Notes: generated by a model from the sequence alone, not told the origin. Counted from the stretch's first letter, positions 37,658-48,294 are shown. The stretch: DNA of 64,000 nucleotides from an uncultured Christensenella sp. (GCA_949285605.1 CASDZI010000003.1:42586-106585); one strand, 5' to 3'. Translations and numbers: made by a program.

Positions 37658-37686
37658 TTGAAATAAAGCCTTGACCGTGGTATAAT
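37658..37686 (+). promoter_or_regulatory. Promoter of the eda-VOC gene
   Basis: TTGAAA (37658..37663), a 17-nt spacer, then TATAAT (37681..37686), with an extended -10 TG (cgTGgTATAAT). Confidence 0.65.
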
Positions 37687-37744
37687 TTTTACGGAAGCAT
37701 AGCCGCCGGTAAAGCGGATAAATATCTTATTCTGAAGGAAAAAA

Positions 37745-38731
37745 ATGACCATAAAAAGCAATCCTTTATTCAACGAAGCCTACAACGAGGTGATAAAAAG
37801 GCTGGAGCTTGCCGGCATAACTCCTCTCATAAAAATCGATGACGCAAAAGACGCCCTTCCCTTGATGGGAGCCTTGACCGCCGCAGGAATAAACACCGTG
37901 GAAATTACCTTCCGCACCTCTGCGGCTAAAGAGGTACTACGTCTTATCGGAAGCAAAAACAACACTATGATGGTGGGCGCAGGGACGGTCATTTCCGTCG
38001 AACAGGTCAACGACGCCGTCATGGCAGGCGCAAAATACATAGTCACCCCCGCTTTCAACCCAAAAGTCGTGGATCGCTGTATCGAACTGGGGATACCCGT
38101 TTTCCCGGGGTGCAGTAACGCCTCCGACATCGAACAGGCGGCGGAAAGAGGTCTGCGGGTAGTCAAGTTTTTCCCTGCCGAGCTTTTAGGCGGCGTGGCG
38201 ATGCTGAAAGCACTGAGCGGACCGTATCCTTTTATGCGGTTTATCCCCACCGGCGGGATACGGGCGGACAACCTCAATTCTTACCTCAAATTCAATAAGG
38301 TCCTCTGTTGCGGCGGCACCTATATGGTGGACGAAAATCTGCTAAAGCAAAAGCAATTCCAGGAAATAACCCGTATAGCCCGCGAAAGCGTCAACAAAAT
38401 GCTGGACATTAAACTCGATCACATAGCCATCAACGCCGATTACCGTACGGGCACGGAGCTTTTGAAGACTTTTTCCAAACTTTCGGGAGAAGTCTATAAG
38501 GAAGAAGAGGACAAAGTCTGCGGCATAGAGGTGGTCCGTGAAAACCACATCGGAAAAATCGGACACATAGCTTTCAGCTCCCCCAACCTCGAAAGATGCG
38601 TTTACTACCTCGGGCAAAGAGGTTTCACCGTGGACGCTTCCACTATAGTAAAGGAAAACGGCAAGATAGCCAAACTCCACCTTGCCGGAGACAACGCAGG
38701 TTTCACCATTCAGCTCATCAGAAAAGTCTGA
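37745..38731 (+). CDS. eda: KDPG/KHG aldolase fused to a C-terminal VOC (glyoxalase-like) domain
   Basis: Residues 1 to ~210 read VEITFRT, GAGTV, VTPAFN, FPGCSN, VKFFPA (Schiff-base Lys context) and IPTGGI. Residues ~215 to 328 read LDHIAINA...GHIAFSSPNLERCVYYLGQRGF...LHLAG, a VOC-fold pattern. Confidence 0.8.
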   Translation: MTIKSNPLFNEAYNEVIKRLELAGITPLIKIDDAKDALPLMGALTAAGINTVEITFRTSAAKEVLRLIGSKNNTMMVGAGTVISVEQVNDAVMAGAKYIVTPAFNPKVVDRCIELGIPVFPGCSNASDIEQAAERGLRVVKFFPAELLGGVAMLKALSGPYPFMRFIPTGGIRADNLNSYLKFNKVLCCGGTYMVDENLLKQKQFQEITRIARESVNKMLDIKLDHIAINADYRTGTELLKTFSKLSGEVYKEEEDKVCGIEVVRENHIGKIGHIAFSSPNLERCVYYLGQRGFTVDASTIVKENGKIAKLHLAGDNAGFTIQLIRKV

Positions 38732-38770
38732 CGCATAATTCGATTCCGACGGCAGTTTTTGAAAATAAAA

Positions 38771-38804
38771 AATATCCGACCGCTTAAGGTCGGATATTCT
38801 TTTT
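38771..38804. terminator. Bidirectional intrinsic terminator between eda and tRNA-Gln
   Basis: An 11-bp stem AATATCCGACC/GGTCGGATATT with a 6-nt loop has T-runs on both strands. Confidence 0.85.
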
Positions 38805-38877
38805 GGCAGGAGTAGTAAGAATCGAACTTACGCCAGAGGAGTCAGAGGCCTCTGTGCTGCCATTACACCATACTCCA
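38804..38877 (-). tRNA. tRNA-Gln (anticodon CUG), CCA encoded
   Basis: I folded this 74-nt cloverleaf by hand.
- Acceptor: UGGAGUA/UACUCCU.
- D stem: GUGU/GCAC.
- Anticodon arm: GAGGC-CUCUGAC-UCCUC, with U33 and CUG at positions 34-36.
- Variable loop: 4 nt.
- T arm: GUAAG-UUCGAUU-CUUAC.
- Discriminator G, then CCA. Confidence 0.8.
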
Positions 38878-38892
38878 ACGTTGACGGTTATG

Positions 38893-38921
38893 ATTATACT
38901 ACACTCCTTTTATTTTGGCAA
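38893..38921 (-). promoter_or_regulatory. Promoter of tRNA-Gln
   Basis: The minus strand has TTGCCA (38921..38916), a 17-nt spacer, then TATAAT (38898..38893). It lies about 15 nt upstream of the mature 5' end. Confidence 0.55.
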
Positions 38922-38929
38922 GGATTTTT

Positions 38930-40141
38930 TCACACTAATCCGTTGTTCAAGGCAAAGTTCTGTTCCACGATAAGCCCGTATTTTACCGACCACTTGTGTT
39001 CCTTGAACAGAAATCTGTAAATGGTTTCGTTGCTGGTAAGATCCACGCCTTCGCTGTTCTTGGTCACGATGGTGCTCATCTGAGCCAGATTTTGCCGCAT
39101 TTCGAAAGGTTCGCCGTCCTTGGTGCCGATATAGAAAATTTCCCCGTCCTTTACGGTGAGCGTGCCTTCTCCGGCTTCTTTGAAGGAAGCGTCGGATACG
39201 TCTTCGTAAAGCAAAGTCACTTCCTTGCTTATTTCGAAATTTCCTTTTTTCAGTTCTTCGGTCACGGCGTCCTTCTGAAAATCGTACCACAGGTCTATCC
39301 TGTCGAAAACCACGCTGTCCCCGACGGGTTTGATCTCGCCGTACTCGGTATATTCCGCCTTGTTTCCGCAGGATAGGCAGGTCAGAACTCTCCCGTCGGA
39401 CTCGTTCTCGTATTCCGCTCCGCATTTAGGACATTTGTAGAGTAAATAATTGAGGTTGGCGGCGGGAGCCTCGCTTTCGAAACGGATATTGTTTTCCCGT
39501 TGATAGATGTGGTCGTTATATTCCATAGCCTTGCATACGCCTTCGTAAAGCTCCTTATTGGAAAGCGTCCGCACCTGTTCCCGTGTGAACAAAACGTAGG
39601 CCTTGGTTTCCACTCTTCCTTTACGAAAACCTTTGGTGTATCTCGGACGGGTAAGGTACGCTCCCAACGTATGTATCATAACCACGGTGCAATCCATAAA
39701 TTTAAGGAATTTCGCTATGGCGGGAGCAAGATACGCCTGTCTGCCGTCCAGACTGGTCTTTCCTTCGGGATAAATAAGGATATTCCGTCCGTCTTCGGCA
39801 GCGGATTTCATAGTCCTCATCGCCGCAAGATCTATGGAAAACTGGCTTTTCGGGATCGCTCCGAACCTCTTTATGAAAGGTTTCAACGCAGGCCAGGTGA
39901 ACAGATCCCTCCCGGCAACGATATTGTACCGCTTCGGGAACAAAGTCAATATGGACAAGACCACGTCGATGGTGCTGCAATGGTTGGCTATAGCCAGAAC
40001 GGGAGATTTTATCCCCCTTATTCCCTTTTTATCGGCCTTGTAATTCCATTTCAACTTGAAATAAGGTCTCAACAGAAACGCAGGCAGCGTATAAAGCCAG
40101 AACGACGGTCTCTTTACTTTGTTTTCCTTATTTTTTCCCAT
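38930..40141 (-). CDS. Lysophospholipid (1-acyl-sn-glycerol-3-phosphate-type) acyltransferase with internal zinc-ribbon and C-terminal extension
   Basis: HCSTID (the HX4D motif), IYPEGKTS and a CPKCG...CLSCG four-Cys ribbon are present in a 403-aa protein. Confidence 0.75.
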   Translation of the reverse strand: MGKNKENKVKRPSFWLYTLPAFLLRPYFKLKWNYKADKKGIRGIKSPVLAIANHCSTIDVVLSILTLFPKRYNIVAGRDLFTWPALKPFIKRFGAIPKSQFSIDLAAMRTMKSAAEDGRNILIYPEGKTSLDGRQAYLAPAIAKFLKFMDCTVVMIHTLGAYLTRPRYTKGFRKGRVETKAYVLFTREQVRTLSNKELYEGVCKAMEYNDHIYQRENNIRFESEAPAANLNYLLYKCPKCGAEYENESDGRVLTCLSCGNKAEYTEYGEIKPVGDSVVFDRIDLWYDFQKDAVTEELKKGNFEISKEVTLLYEDVSDASFKEAGEGTLTVKDGEIFYIGTKDGEPFEMRQNLAQMSTIVTKNSEGVDLTSNETIYRFLFKEHKWSVKYGLIVEQNFALNNGLV

Positions 40142-40157
40142 AATAGCTTCTCCGCAG

Positions 40158-41273
40158 TCAAATCAGATTCTCGGGATTGAGACAGAAAAGTTCGGGCAGA
40201 ACGAATCTGCCGTCTTTTCTTATCAGCACGTCGTCGAAATAGATCTCTCCTCCGCCGTATTCCGGAGTCTGGATCAACACCAGATCCCAGTGGATAGCCG
40301 ATACGTTGCCGTTGTCGCAGTCTTCGTAACAGGACCCCGGCGTAAAGTGAATGGAGCCGGAAATTTTCTCGTCGAAAAGTATATCCCCCATCGGTTTCGT
40401 GATGAAAGGATTTACGCCGAGAGCGAATTCTCCCACATATCTCGCCCCCTCGTCGGTATCGAATATCTTATTGCAGGCGGCGGTATCGTTTGCGGTGGCT
40501 TCCACTATTTTCCCGTCCTTGAAAGTCAGCCTCACGTCCTTGAACTCTATCCCGTTTTCGATGGACGGGGCGTTGTAATGAATGTAGCCGTTCACGCTGT
40601 TTTTTACGGGAGCGGAATAAATTTCTCCGTCGGGAATGTTCCTTTCCCCGCTGCATTTCTGCGCGCCTATACCTTTTATACTGAAAGTAAGGTCGGTATC
40701 GGGTGCGGTAATGCGGACCTTGTCCGTCCTTTTGAGCAAAGCTTCCAAGGCGTCCATAGCCTTGTCCATCTTGCGATAGTCCAGCGTGCATACGTCGAAA
40801 TAGAATTTTTCGAAAGCTTCGGTGCTGGTTTTGGCAAGCTGCGCCATCCCCTCCGTCGGCCAACGCAGAACCACCCATTTGGTCTTGTTCACCCTCAGTT
40901 CGTGATGAACGGGATGGGAATATAGTCTGCTGTAAAGAGCGGTCTTTTCGTCGGGGACGTCGGACAGTTCCAGGCTGTTGCCGCCGCCTCTTATCCCGAT
41001 GTAAGCGTCCATCTCCGCCATTCTTCTTGCGTCGAATTCCGCCATTTTACGAACGAGAGGTTCGGTCATTCCGTTGAGAAGAGCCCTCTTCACCTTGTTG
41101 TCGTAAATTTCCACGAACGGATATCCGCCCGCACGGTAAGTCTCTTCTATCAGAGCGTTCACCATTTCGTAAGGCACTCCGCTGGCTTCGATGAGAATTT
41201 TTTCGCCTTGTTTCAGCGAACAGGAATAATTGATCAATATGTCCGCAAGTTTAGCTATTCTGTCGTCTTTCAT
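40158..41273 (-). CDS. Aminopeptidase, M29 (AmpS/PepS) family
   Basis: It has the LADILINYSCSLKQGEKILIE N-terminus. NIPDGEIYSAP, GARYVGEFALGVN and IHFTPGS metal-site contexts are typical of M29. Confidence 0.8.
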   Translation of the reverse strand: MKDDRIAKLADILINYSCSLKQGEKILIEASGVPYEMVNALIEETYRAGGYPFVEIYDNKVKRALLNGMTEPLVRKMAEFDARRMAEMDAYIGIRGGGNSLELSDVPDEKTALYSRLYSHPVHHELRVNKTKWVVLRWPTEGMAQLAKTSTEAFEKFYFDVCTLDYRKMDKAMDALEALLKRTDKVRITAPDTDLTFSIKGIGAQKCSGERNIPDGEIYSAPVKNSVNGYIHYNAPSIENGIEFKDVRLTFKDGKIVEATANDTAACNKIFDTDEGARYVGEFALGVNPFITKPMGDILFDEKISGSIHFTPGSCYEDCDNGNVSAIHWDLVLIQTPEYGGGEIYFDDVLIRKDGRFVLPELFCLNPENLI

Positions 41274-41275
41274 AA

Positions 41276-41668
41276 TTATCCTTCTATGATTTTAACGTAA
41301 AAATTTCGGGTCCTGGGCGGATCGAACTCGGCAAAATAAATATCCTGCCATCGTCCCAGTACTATCTGTCCGTCCTCGATGATCAGCGTTTCGCTGGCTC
41401 CGAAAACGCTGCTTTTGACGTGCCCGTCGCTGTTCCCTTCGTCGTGACGGAATTCGGGAAAACGGGGAAAAACCTTTTTTGCCGCAAAAATAACGTCTTT
41501 TGCCACATATTCGTCGGCGTTTTCGTTAATGGTTATCGCCGCCGTGGTGTGCGGACAGTAGACTACGCAGATACCTTCCTTGACGCCGCTTTGCGAAACC
41601 GCCTCCTTGACGTAAGGCGTAATGTTGTAGAACGCCTCTTTGTCGGTAGTAATAGTTTTTTTATACAA
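41276..41668 (-). CDS. yjbQ: YjbQ/UPF0047 family protein (secondary thiamine-phosphate synthase)
   Basis: This 130-aa protein reads GICVVYCPHTTAAITINENAD...EGNSDGHVKSSVFG, the family signature. Confidence 0.8.
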   Translation of the reverse strand: MYKKTITTDKEAFYNITPYVKEAVSQSGVKEGICVVYCPHTTAAITINENADEYVAKDVIFAAKKVFPRFPEFRHDEGNSDGHVKSSVFGASETLIIEDGQIVLGRWQDIYFAEFDPPRTRNFYVKIIEG

Positions 41669-41827
41669 GTAAACCTCCGCTTTTTTCGGAGCATACGAAA
41701 ATATTATTTCACCTTTCCGAAAAATATAAGCTAAAAATATCGTAATTATTATATAATAATTTTTTCTTAAAAAACAAGCGTTTTCCCCCTATCCGTTTTT
41801 CTTGCGGGAAAATATGACCGATCCGCA

Positions 41828-41862
41828 TAAAATAAAAATCGGGCGGAGACAACCGCCCGACT
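41828..41862 (-). terminator. Intrinsic terminator after the vWA gene
   Basis: The minus strand reads TCGGGCGG-TTGTCT-CCGCCCGA followed by TTTTTATTTT. Confidence 0.8.
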
Positions 41863-41900
41863 GTATTGTTTCCGATAACGGGCAATAAAGCGGAAATATT

Positions 41901-43388
41901 TTACTCTGCATAAAGTTCCGACGCTTTTCCTACCAAAGTGACGAACTCGCTTTTGTAAGCGTCGTCGCCTATATAATTTTCAAGCATCGCAAGGCGTGCC
42001 GCCACCGCTTCGAAGGATGCGTCGCCCTTATAGTCCGACTGCCTTAAAAGAAGTCCGAATTCCGCCACGCAGGAAATAAAGGAAAGATCGTCTGACGACG
42101 GCGTATCGACGGTTACTTCGATTTTTACGCTTTCGTCGGTTTCTCCTGCCGAAACGTCTTTGTATTTTATCTCCACGTCGGCAAGACGGGTTTCCTCGCT
42201 TTCGGCAAGTTTAATTTCGTACAAAGCCGCCACGCAAAGGTTGCTGCCTATTTCTCCTGCGTCGGTGTTATCGTTTTCGAAATCTTCCTGGCTTATAATT
42301 TTGGTGTCGTAACCGATAAGACGGTATTTTTCCACCGCCGAAGTGAACGTCACCCCTGCTTTTGCGTCTTTTGCAACGGTCTTAAGCGTGCCGTCGAGTT
42401 CCTCGCAAAGCACCTTTTCCGCTTCGAGTTCGCTGTCGAGATAGGCGTAATTTCCGTTGCCGTTAGTTGCAAGCGTTTCCAAAAGGTCGTCTCGGGTATT
42501 GCCCATGCCCACGCCGAGTACGGTAAGATAAATATTTTGCTTGGCTTTGTCCTGTATAAACTCTTTCAGTTCGTCGAGGTCGCTCATTCCCACGTTGAAA
42601 TCCCCGTCGGAAATTATAATCACTCTGTTGTTGCCGTTTTCGATAAAATGTTCTTTCGCCGTTGCGTACGCCAACTGCAACCCTTCCCATCCGGAGGTAC
42701 TGCCGCTTGCGGTGAGATCGCCGAGAGCGTGTTTTATGACGGTTTTCCCTTCGTCGGAGCACTCCGTCCCGTCCAGCACCTTCCTTACTCCGCTCGCATA
42801 GGTGACCACGGACACCACGTCTTTATCTCCCAAGGAATCGGCGAGCTTTTCCATTCCCTTCACGGCAAGCCCCAATCTGTCTTTACCCGCCATGGAACCC
42901 GACACGTCGATCAAAAAAACGTAATTCGCATTCTCCGTTTCCAACTCCGAAAGCGAGGTTTTCACGCCCACCAGCATAAGCTTGTTTTCGGCGTTCCAGG
43001 GACAGTCTCCCAAATAAGCGCTTATTCCTATGGCTTTATCGACAGGGGCGGGAAAGTCGTAATCGAAATAATTTATCAGTTCCTCCACCCGTACCGAATC
43101 GGGAGCGATATCCAGCCCGTCGTTGAGCTGTCTGCGGACGTAGGAATATGAAGCCGTGTTCCTGTCCAAGGAAAAATACGAGGACGGATTTTCGGAAACC
43201 AAAGCGAAATCCTGCTCTTCTATGCCGTCGTAAACGTAATTTCCGTCAGCAGGCTCTATGTACGGATAACCGCCCGAATCTTGAAAAAAACTACCGCCGA
43301 GGTCATCGCTCCCGCCGCAGGCGGCAAAAAGAAAACTGAGACAAACGACCGTAATCGCGGTCAATAACGCCAAAGCTTTTCTCTTCAT
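41901..43388 (-). CDS. von Willebrand factor type A domain lipoprotein (YfbK-like)
   Basis: MKRKALALLTAITVVCLSFLFAACGG is a lipobox signal. SYFSLDRNTASYSYVRR...VRVEELINYF is the N-terminal module. NYVFLIDVSGSM is the MIDAS motif. The start is set at ATG 43388. Confidence 0.8.
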   Translation of the reverse strand: MKRKALALLTAITVVCLSFLFAACGGSDDLGGSFFQDSGGYPYIEPADGNYVYDGIEEQDFALVSENPSSYFSLDRNTASYSYVRRQLNDGLDIAPDSVRVEELINYFDYDFPAPVDKAIGISAYLGDCPWNAENKLMLVGVKTSLSELETENANYVFLIDVSGSMAGKDRLGLAVKGMEKLADSLGDKDVVSVVTYASGVRKVLDGTECSDEGKTVIKHALGDLTASGSTSGWEGLQLAYATAKEHFIENGNNRVIIISDGDFNVGMSDLDELKEFIQDKAKQNIYLTVLGVGMGNTRDDLLETLATNGNGNYAYLDSELEAEKVLCEELDGTLKTVAKDAKAGVTFTSAVEKYRLIGYDTKIISQEDFENDNTDAGEIGSNLCVAALYEIKLAESEETRLADVEIKYKDVSAGETDESVKIEVTVDTPSSDDLSFISCVAEFGLLLRQSDYKGDASFEAVAARLAMLENYIGDDAYKSEFVTLVGKASELYAE

Positions 43389-43485
43389 AACGACTCCCTC
43401 CCCGTATTGTATTTCTATTTTCAATATAACATTATTTAAGAAAGAGAGTCAATAGCAAGTATAAAAATCGCAGTTTTTAGCGATT

Positions 43486-46296
43486 TTAACGGTTTTTCGG
43501 GATATATTTCGAAGTATAACCTTTCCCCGACGCCGCAACGAATTCGGGGGTGCCGATGACCACCACCTGTCCGCCGGCGTCTCCGCCTTCGGGTCCCAGG
43601 TCCACTATATGATCGGCTATCCTTATCACGTCGAGATTGTGTTCGATGACGATTATCGTATTGCCGCCTTCGGCGAGACGGTTCAAGATATTGACCAGTT
43701 TCTCCACGTCCGCCGAGTGAAGTCCGGTAGTCGGTTCGTCGAGGATATAGAGAGTTTTTCCCGTGCTTCTTTTAGACAGCTCGGTGGCGAGTTTTATCCT
43801 CTGCGCTTCCCCGCCGCTGAAAGTGGTGGCAGGCTGACCTAATTTGATATATCCGAGTCCCACGTCCTTGAGGGTTTTCAGTTTGGTATAGATCCTCGGT
43901 ATGTTCTCGAAAAAGTCGCACGCTTCGTCCACCGTCATATCCAGCACGTCGTAAATGGACTTCCCTTTGAATTTGACTTCCAGCGTTTCCCTGTTGTAAC
44001 GCTTGCCGTGGCACACCTCGCACGGAACGTAAACGTCGGGCAAAAAGTGCATTTCTATTTTGATGATGCCGTCGCCGGTGCAGTTCTCGCACCGTCCGCC
44101 CTTTACGTTGAAGGAAAACCTCCCCGCCTCGTACCCTCTCGCCTGTGCGTCGGGGGTCTTGGCAAACAGCTCCCTTATATAGGTGAACACTCCCGTGTAG
44201 GTAGCGGGATTGCTCCTCGGCGTTCTGCCTATTGGGCTCTGGTCTATGGCGATAACCTTGTCTAAATATTCGCTTCCCAGTATTTCGTCGAATTCTCCGA
44301 CGGGTTCGTGCCCCTTGTTCAGTACCCTGTCCAGATACGGATAAACTATCCCGTTGACAAGACTGCTCTTGCCGCTGCCGCTTACTCCCGTCACCACGTT
44401 GATGACCCCTAAACGGAAATCCACGTTGATGTTCTTCAGGTTGTTGAGACGGGCTCCGTGCACGCTTAAGACCTTCCCGTTGCCTTGTCGTCTTACCGAG
44501 GGTACGGCTATCTCTCTTCTGCCGCTGAGAAAATCGCCTGTTATGGACTTTGGGCATCTCATTATGTCTTCAGGAGTACCGCAAGCCACGAGTTCGCCGC
44601 CGTTTATCCCCGCTTCGGGTCCGATATCCACGACGTAGTCGGCTTCCCTTATGGTATCTTCGTCGTGCTCTACCACGATAAGGGTGTTGCCTAAATCCCT
44701 CAACCGTTTCAAGGTCGCGATGAGTTTTTCGTTATCCCTTTGATGAAGTCCGATACTCGGTTCGTCCAGAATATACAACACTCCGGTAAGTCCGCTTCCT
44801 ATCTGGGTGGCAAGACGTATCCTCTGCGCTTCTCCGCCGCTGAGCGTGGCGCTCGCCCTGCTCAACGTAAGATACCCCAAACCTACGTCGATAAGGAATT
44901 TCACCCTTTCGGAAATCTCTTTCAGAACGGGTGCTGCTATGGTGGCGTTCTTTTCCGAAAGACGCAGTCCGTTGAAAAACTCGGGAAGCCTCTCCACGGG
45001 AATATCGGTAACTTCGCTTATGTTCCTGCCGCCCACCGTCACGGCAAGCACCTCTTTTTTCAGCCTTTTTCCGTGACAGACCGGACAAGGAGACGCCGTC
45101 ATCAGTCTTTCGATGTCCGCTCTCACGCCGTCGCTCTGCGTTTCCTTGTAACGACGGGTAAGGTTGTTGACGACGCCTTCGTAATAGGCGTTGAATTCCA
45201 TAGTGTAGTTGGCGCTCTGCGCACTCATCTTTATCTTTTCGCCCTGCGTACCGTAAAGAATTATATCCTTTATCCTCTGCGGCAGATCCTTATAAGGGGT
45301 GTCGAGAGAAAAATTGTAACGCTTGGAAAGCGCCCGAAACTGCATCATACTCATTTTGCCCATATCGAGATTCCAGCCTGTGCATTTTATGGCGCCGTCT
45401 CTGATGGACACGTTCGGATCGGGTATGAGTTTATGAACGTCGATCTCGTTTCGGAACCCCAACCCCGAACAGCTTTCGCACGCCCCGTAAGGCGAGTTGA
45501 AGGAAAACATTCTCGGAGTTATCTCCCCTATGCTTATACCGCATACGGGACAGGAATAATCGGTACTGAAGAGTTCTTCCTCCCCGTCTTTTTCTATGAC
45601 CACCAACCCGTCGGCGAGTTTAAGGGCGGTTTCTATACTGTCGGAAAGACGGCGGTTTATCCCCTCTTTCATGACCAGTCTGTCCACCACCACGCTGATG
45701 TTGTGTTTCAGATTCTTGTCGAGGCTGATTTCTTCGTTCAGTCCGTAGACGTTGCCATCCACCTTGACCCTGACGTAACCGCTCCTCTTCAGACTTTCCA
45801 GCTGCTTGACGTACTCGCCTTTTCTGCCCCTGACTATGGGGGCGAGCACTATGAATTTCGTTCCGTCGGGATAGGCGCAGATCTTGTCCACGATCTGGTC
45901 CACGCTTACCGAAGTTATTTCCCTGCCGCAGACCGGACAATGAGGTGTCCCTATGCGTGCAAACAGCAAACGCAGATAGTCGTATATCTCCGTAACGGTC
46001 CCCACCGTGGAACGGGGGTTTTGGGAAGTGGTCTTCTGATCTATGCTGATAGCCGGGCTCAACCCTTCGATGCTCTCCACGTCGGGTTTGTCCATCTGCC
46101 CCAAAAACTGCCTGGCGTAACTGGACAGACTTTCCACATACCGCCGCTGTCCTTCGGCAAAAATGGTATCGAAAGCCAGACTGGACTTTCCGCTGCCGCT
46201 GAGCCCGGTGAAAACCACCAGCTTGTCCCTCGGTATGTCCACGTCGATATTTTTCAGATTGTGTTCCTTTGCTCCGCGAATACGTATTTCGCTCAT
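43486..46296 (-). CDS. uvrA: Excinuclease ABC subunit A
   Basis: [39 protein letters not shown], two ABC modules (LSGGEAQRI twice) and zinc modules are present in a 936-aa protein. Confidence 0.97.
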   Translation of the reverse strand: MSEIRIRGAKEHNLKNIDVDIPRDKLVVFTGLSGSGKSSLAFDTIFAEGQRRYVESLSSYARQFLGQMDKPDVESIEGLSPAISIDQKTTSQNPRSTVGTVTEIYDYLRLLFARIGTPHCPVCGREITSVSVDQIVDKICAYPDGTKFIVLAPIVRGRKGEYVKQLESLKRSGYVRVKVDGNVYGLNEEISLDKNLKHNISVVVDRLVMKEGINRRLSDSIETALKLADGLVVIEKDGEEELFSTDYSCPVCGISIGEITPRMFSFNSPYGACESCSGLGFRNEIDVHKLIPDPNVSIRDGAIKCTGWNLDMGKMSMMQFRALSKRYNFSLDTPYKDLPQRIKDIILYGTQGEKIKMSAQSANYTMEFNAYYEGVVNNLTRRYKETQSDGVRADIERLMTASPCPVCHGKRLKKEVLAVTVGGRNISEVTDIPVERLPEFFNGLRLSEKNATIAAPVLKEISERVKFLIDVGLGYLTLSRASATLSGGEAQRIRLATQIGSGLTGVLYILDEPSIGLHQRDNEKLIATLKRLRDLGNTLIVVEHDEDTIREADYVVDIGPEAGINGGELVACGTPEDIMRCPKSITGDFLSGRREIAVPSVRRQGNGKVLSVHGARLNNLKNINVDFRLGVINVVTGVSGSGKSSLVNGIVYPYLDRVLNKGHEPVGEFDEILGSEYLDKVIAIDQSPIGRTPRSNPATYTGVFTYIRELFAKTPDAQARGYEAGRFSFNVKGGRCENCTGDGIIKIEMHFLPDVYVPCEVCHGKRYNRETLEVKFKGKSIYDVLDMTVDEACDFFENIPRIYTKLKTLKDVGLGYIKLGQPATTFSGGEAQRIKLATELSKRSTGKTLYILDEPTTGLHSADVEKLVNILNRLAEGGNTIIVIEHNLDVIRIADHIVDLGPEGGDAGGQVVVIGTPEFVAASGKGYTSKYIPKNR

Positions 46297-46323
46297 TTTT
46301 CCTCCGTTTCCTGTTTCGGAAAA

Positions 46324-48282
46324 CTATTTTCTGAGTAACTGTTTCAGTTCGGCTATTTCGTCTCTCAATTTGATACAGCTTTCAAAATCCAGCTGTGCGC
46401 TCGCCGTTTTCATAAGTCCGGTAAGCCTTTCTATTTCTTTGGAAACTTCCTTCGAAGTCATTTTTTCCCTGCCTTTGTCGGCTTTCTTGGTGATTATGAT
46501 ACTGTTTTTTATTTCCTTCTTAATCGTCCTCGGCGTAATGCCGTGGGCTTTGTTGTAAGAAATCTGATAATTTCTTCTACGTTCGGTCTCCTCCATTGCG
46601 CTCTTCATACTGTCGGTGACGGTATCGGCGTAAAATATTACTTTGGCTTCGGCGTTTCTCGCCGCTCTCCCCACCGTCTGAATGAGCGAACTCCTGCTCC
46701 GCAGGAAACCTTCCTTGTCGGCGTCCAGTATGGCCACCAGCATAACCTCGGGGATATCCAACCCTTCCCTCAAAAGGTTTATACCCACGATGACGTCGGT
46801 TTCGCCCTTACGCAGAGCGTTGATAATTTCGATACGTTCGAGGGTGTCTATATCGCTGTGCATATAGGTGGCTTTAATATTATGTTCCGCAAAATAAAGG
46901 GTTAAACTCTCCGCCATTTTTTTGGTAAGGGTGGTGACCAGCACCCTGCCGCCCTTTTCCACGGTGGCGTAAATTTTTCCCATAAGGTCGTCTATCTGTC
47001 CTTCGGTCTTGCGTATCTCTATCGGTGGATCGACAAGTCCCGTCGGACGCAAAAGCTGCTCGGCTACCTGGCTTTGTTCCTTCATTTCGTAGTCGCCCGG
47101 GGTGGCGCTGACGCAGATAAGCTGAGAGTAACGGGAGGAAAATTCCTCGAAATTCAAAGGACGGTTGTCGTAAGCGGCTTTCAAGCGGAACCCGTAACCG
47201 ACGAGGTTGTCTTTTCTCGAACGGTCGCCTGCGTACATTCCCCTTATCTGCGGAATGGTGATGTGCGACTCGTCTATGAACATCAGAAAGTCGTCGGGAA
47301 AATAATCCAGCAAAGTGAAGGGCGGCGTACCCGGTTCCCGTCCGTCGAAGTATCGGGAATAATTTTCTATCCCCGAACAATACCCTATCTCCCGTATCAT
47401 CTCTATGTCGTAACAGACCCTTTCCCTTAAGCGCTGTTCCTCGATGAGTTTGTTCCGTTCCTTAAAGGCGGCGCACTCTTCGACCATATCCTTTTTTATC
47501 CTGTCGAGGGTGACTTCCAGATCTTCCTCTCCCACCACATAGTGACTTGCCGGGAAAATAGCGGCGTGCGCAAGCGTTGCGGTGACGTGTCCCGTGGTTG
47601 CGTCTATTTCGTAAAGTCCGTCCACGGTGTCTCCGAAAAACTCCGCTCTCACCGCAAAAGACGAGGCGTTCGACGGAAAAATTTCCAACACGTCCCCTCT
47701 CACCCTGAAGGTGGAACGCACGAAGTCCATATCGCTTCGTTTGTATTGCAGACTGACGAGTTTGTCTATGAGCTTATCCCTGTCTATCTCCATATTCGGA
47801 CGGAGAGAGATCATCTGCTTGAAATATTCCTCGGGAGCGCCCAGGCCGTATATACAGGAAACCGAAGCCACCACGATGACGTCCCGCCTTTCCCCGAGAG
47901 ACGCCGTGGCGGAATGACGCAATTTGTCTATCTCGTCGTTTAAGCTCATATCCTTTTCGATATAGGTGTCGGTGGAAGGGATATACGCTTCGGGACGGTA
48001 ATAGTCGTAATACGACACGAAATACTCCACTCTGTTGTGCGGGAAAAGCTCCCGGAATTCGTTACAGAGCTGGGCGGCGAGAGTTTTGTTGTGGGCGATG
48101 ACGAGAGTGGGGCGGTTCAGTTTCGCTATGACGTTTGCCATGGTAAAAGTCTTGCCCGAACCGGTGACCCCGAGCAAGACCTGCGTCCGTAATCCGTCCT
48201 CCACCCCTTGGCAGAGCTTCTCGATAGCCTGCGACTGATCGCCGCAGGGAGCGTATTCGCTCACAAGTTCGAATTTATCCAT
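46324..48282 (-). CDS. uvrB: Excinuclease ABC subunit B
   Basis: [19 protein letters not shown], helicase motifs and a C-terminal UVR domain (LRDEIAELK) are present in a 652-aa protein. Confidence 0.97.
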   Translation of the reverse strand: MDKFELVSEYAPCGDQSQAIEKLCQGVEDGLRTQVLLGVTGSGKTFTMANVIAKLNRPTLVIAHNKTLAAQLCNEFRELFPHNRVEYFVSYYDYYRPEAYIPSTDTYIEKDMSLNDEIDKLRHSATASLGERRDVIVVASVSCIYGLGAPEEYFKQMISLRPNMEIDRDKLIDKLVSLQYKRSDMDFVRSTFRVRGDVLEIFPSNASSFAVRAEFFGDTVDGLYEIDATTGHVTATLAHAAIFPASHYVVGEEDLEVTLDRIKKDMVEECAAFKERNKLIEEQRLRERVCYDIEMIREIGYCSGIENYSRYFDGREPGTPPFTLLDYFPDDFLMFIDESHITIPQIRGMYAGDRSRKDNLVGYGFRLKAAYDNRPLNFEEFSSRYSQLICVSATPGDYEMKEQSQVAEQLLRPTGLVDPPIEIRKTEGQIDDLMGKIYATVEKGGRVLVTTLTKKMAESLTLYFAEHNIKATYMHSDIDTLERIEIINALRKGETDVIVGINLLREGLDIPEVMLVAILDADKEGFLRSRSSLIQTVGRAARNAEAKVIFYADTVTDSMKSAMEETERRRNYQISYNKAHGITPRTIKKEIKNSIIITKKADKGREKMTSKEVSKEIERLTGLMKTASAQLDFESCIKLRDEIAELKQLLRK

Positions 48283-48294
48283 TTGAAAAAAATA

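Noticed and set aside
41669-41900. A 232-bp AT-rich spacer upstream of yjbQ, scanned for an ncRNA or riboswitch.
   Set aside because: Apart from the vWA terminator (41828..41862) and a plausible TTGTTT-18-TATAAT promoter for the yjbQ operon, I saw no conserved-looking structured element.
44740-46338. A 532-aa plus-strand ORF antisense to uvrA. Similar long antisense or shadow ORFs lie over rnfC (9045..9983), rnfB (13099..14073), lysA (18875..19852), the aminopeptidase (40119..40925), GH2 (49484..50794), the amidohydrolase (55073..55912), the hydrogenase (56080..57462) and adhE (62727..63719).
   Set aside because: Each overlaps a gene with unambiguous family motifs on the other strand. The antisense translations are Arg/Gly/Val/Phe-rich and motif-free. 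Codon bias in this genome appears to deplete stop codons in one antisense frame.
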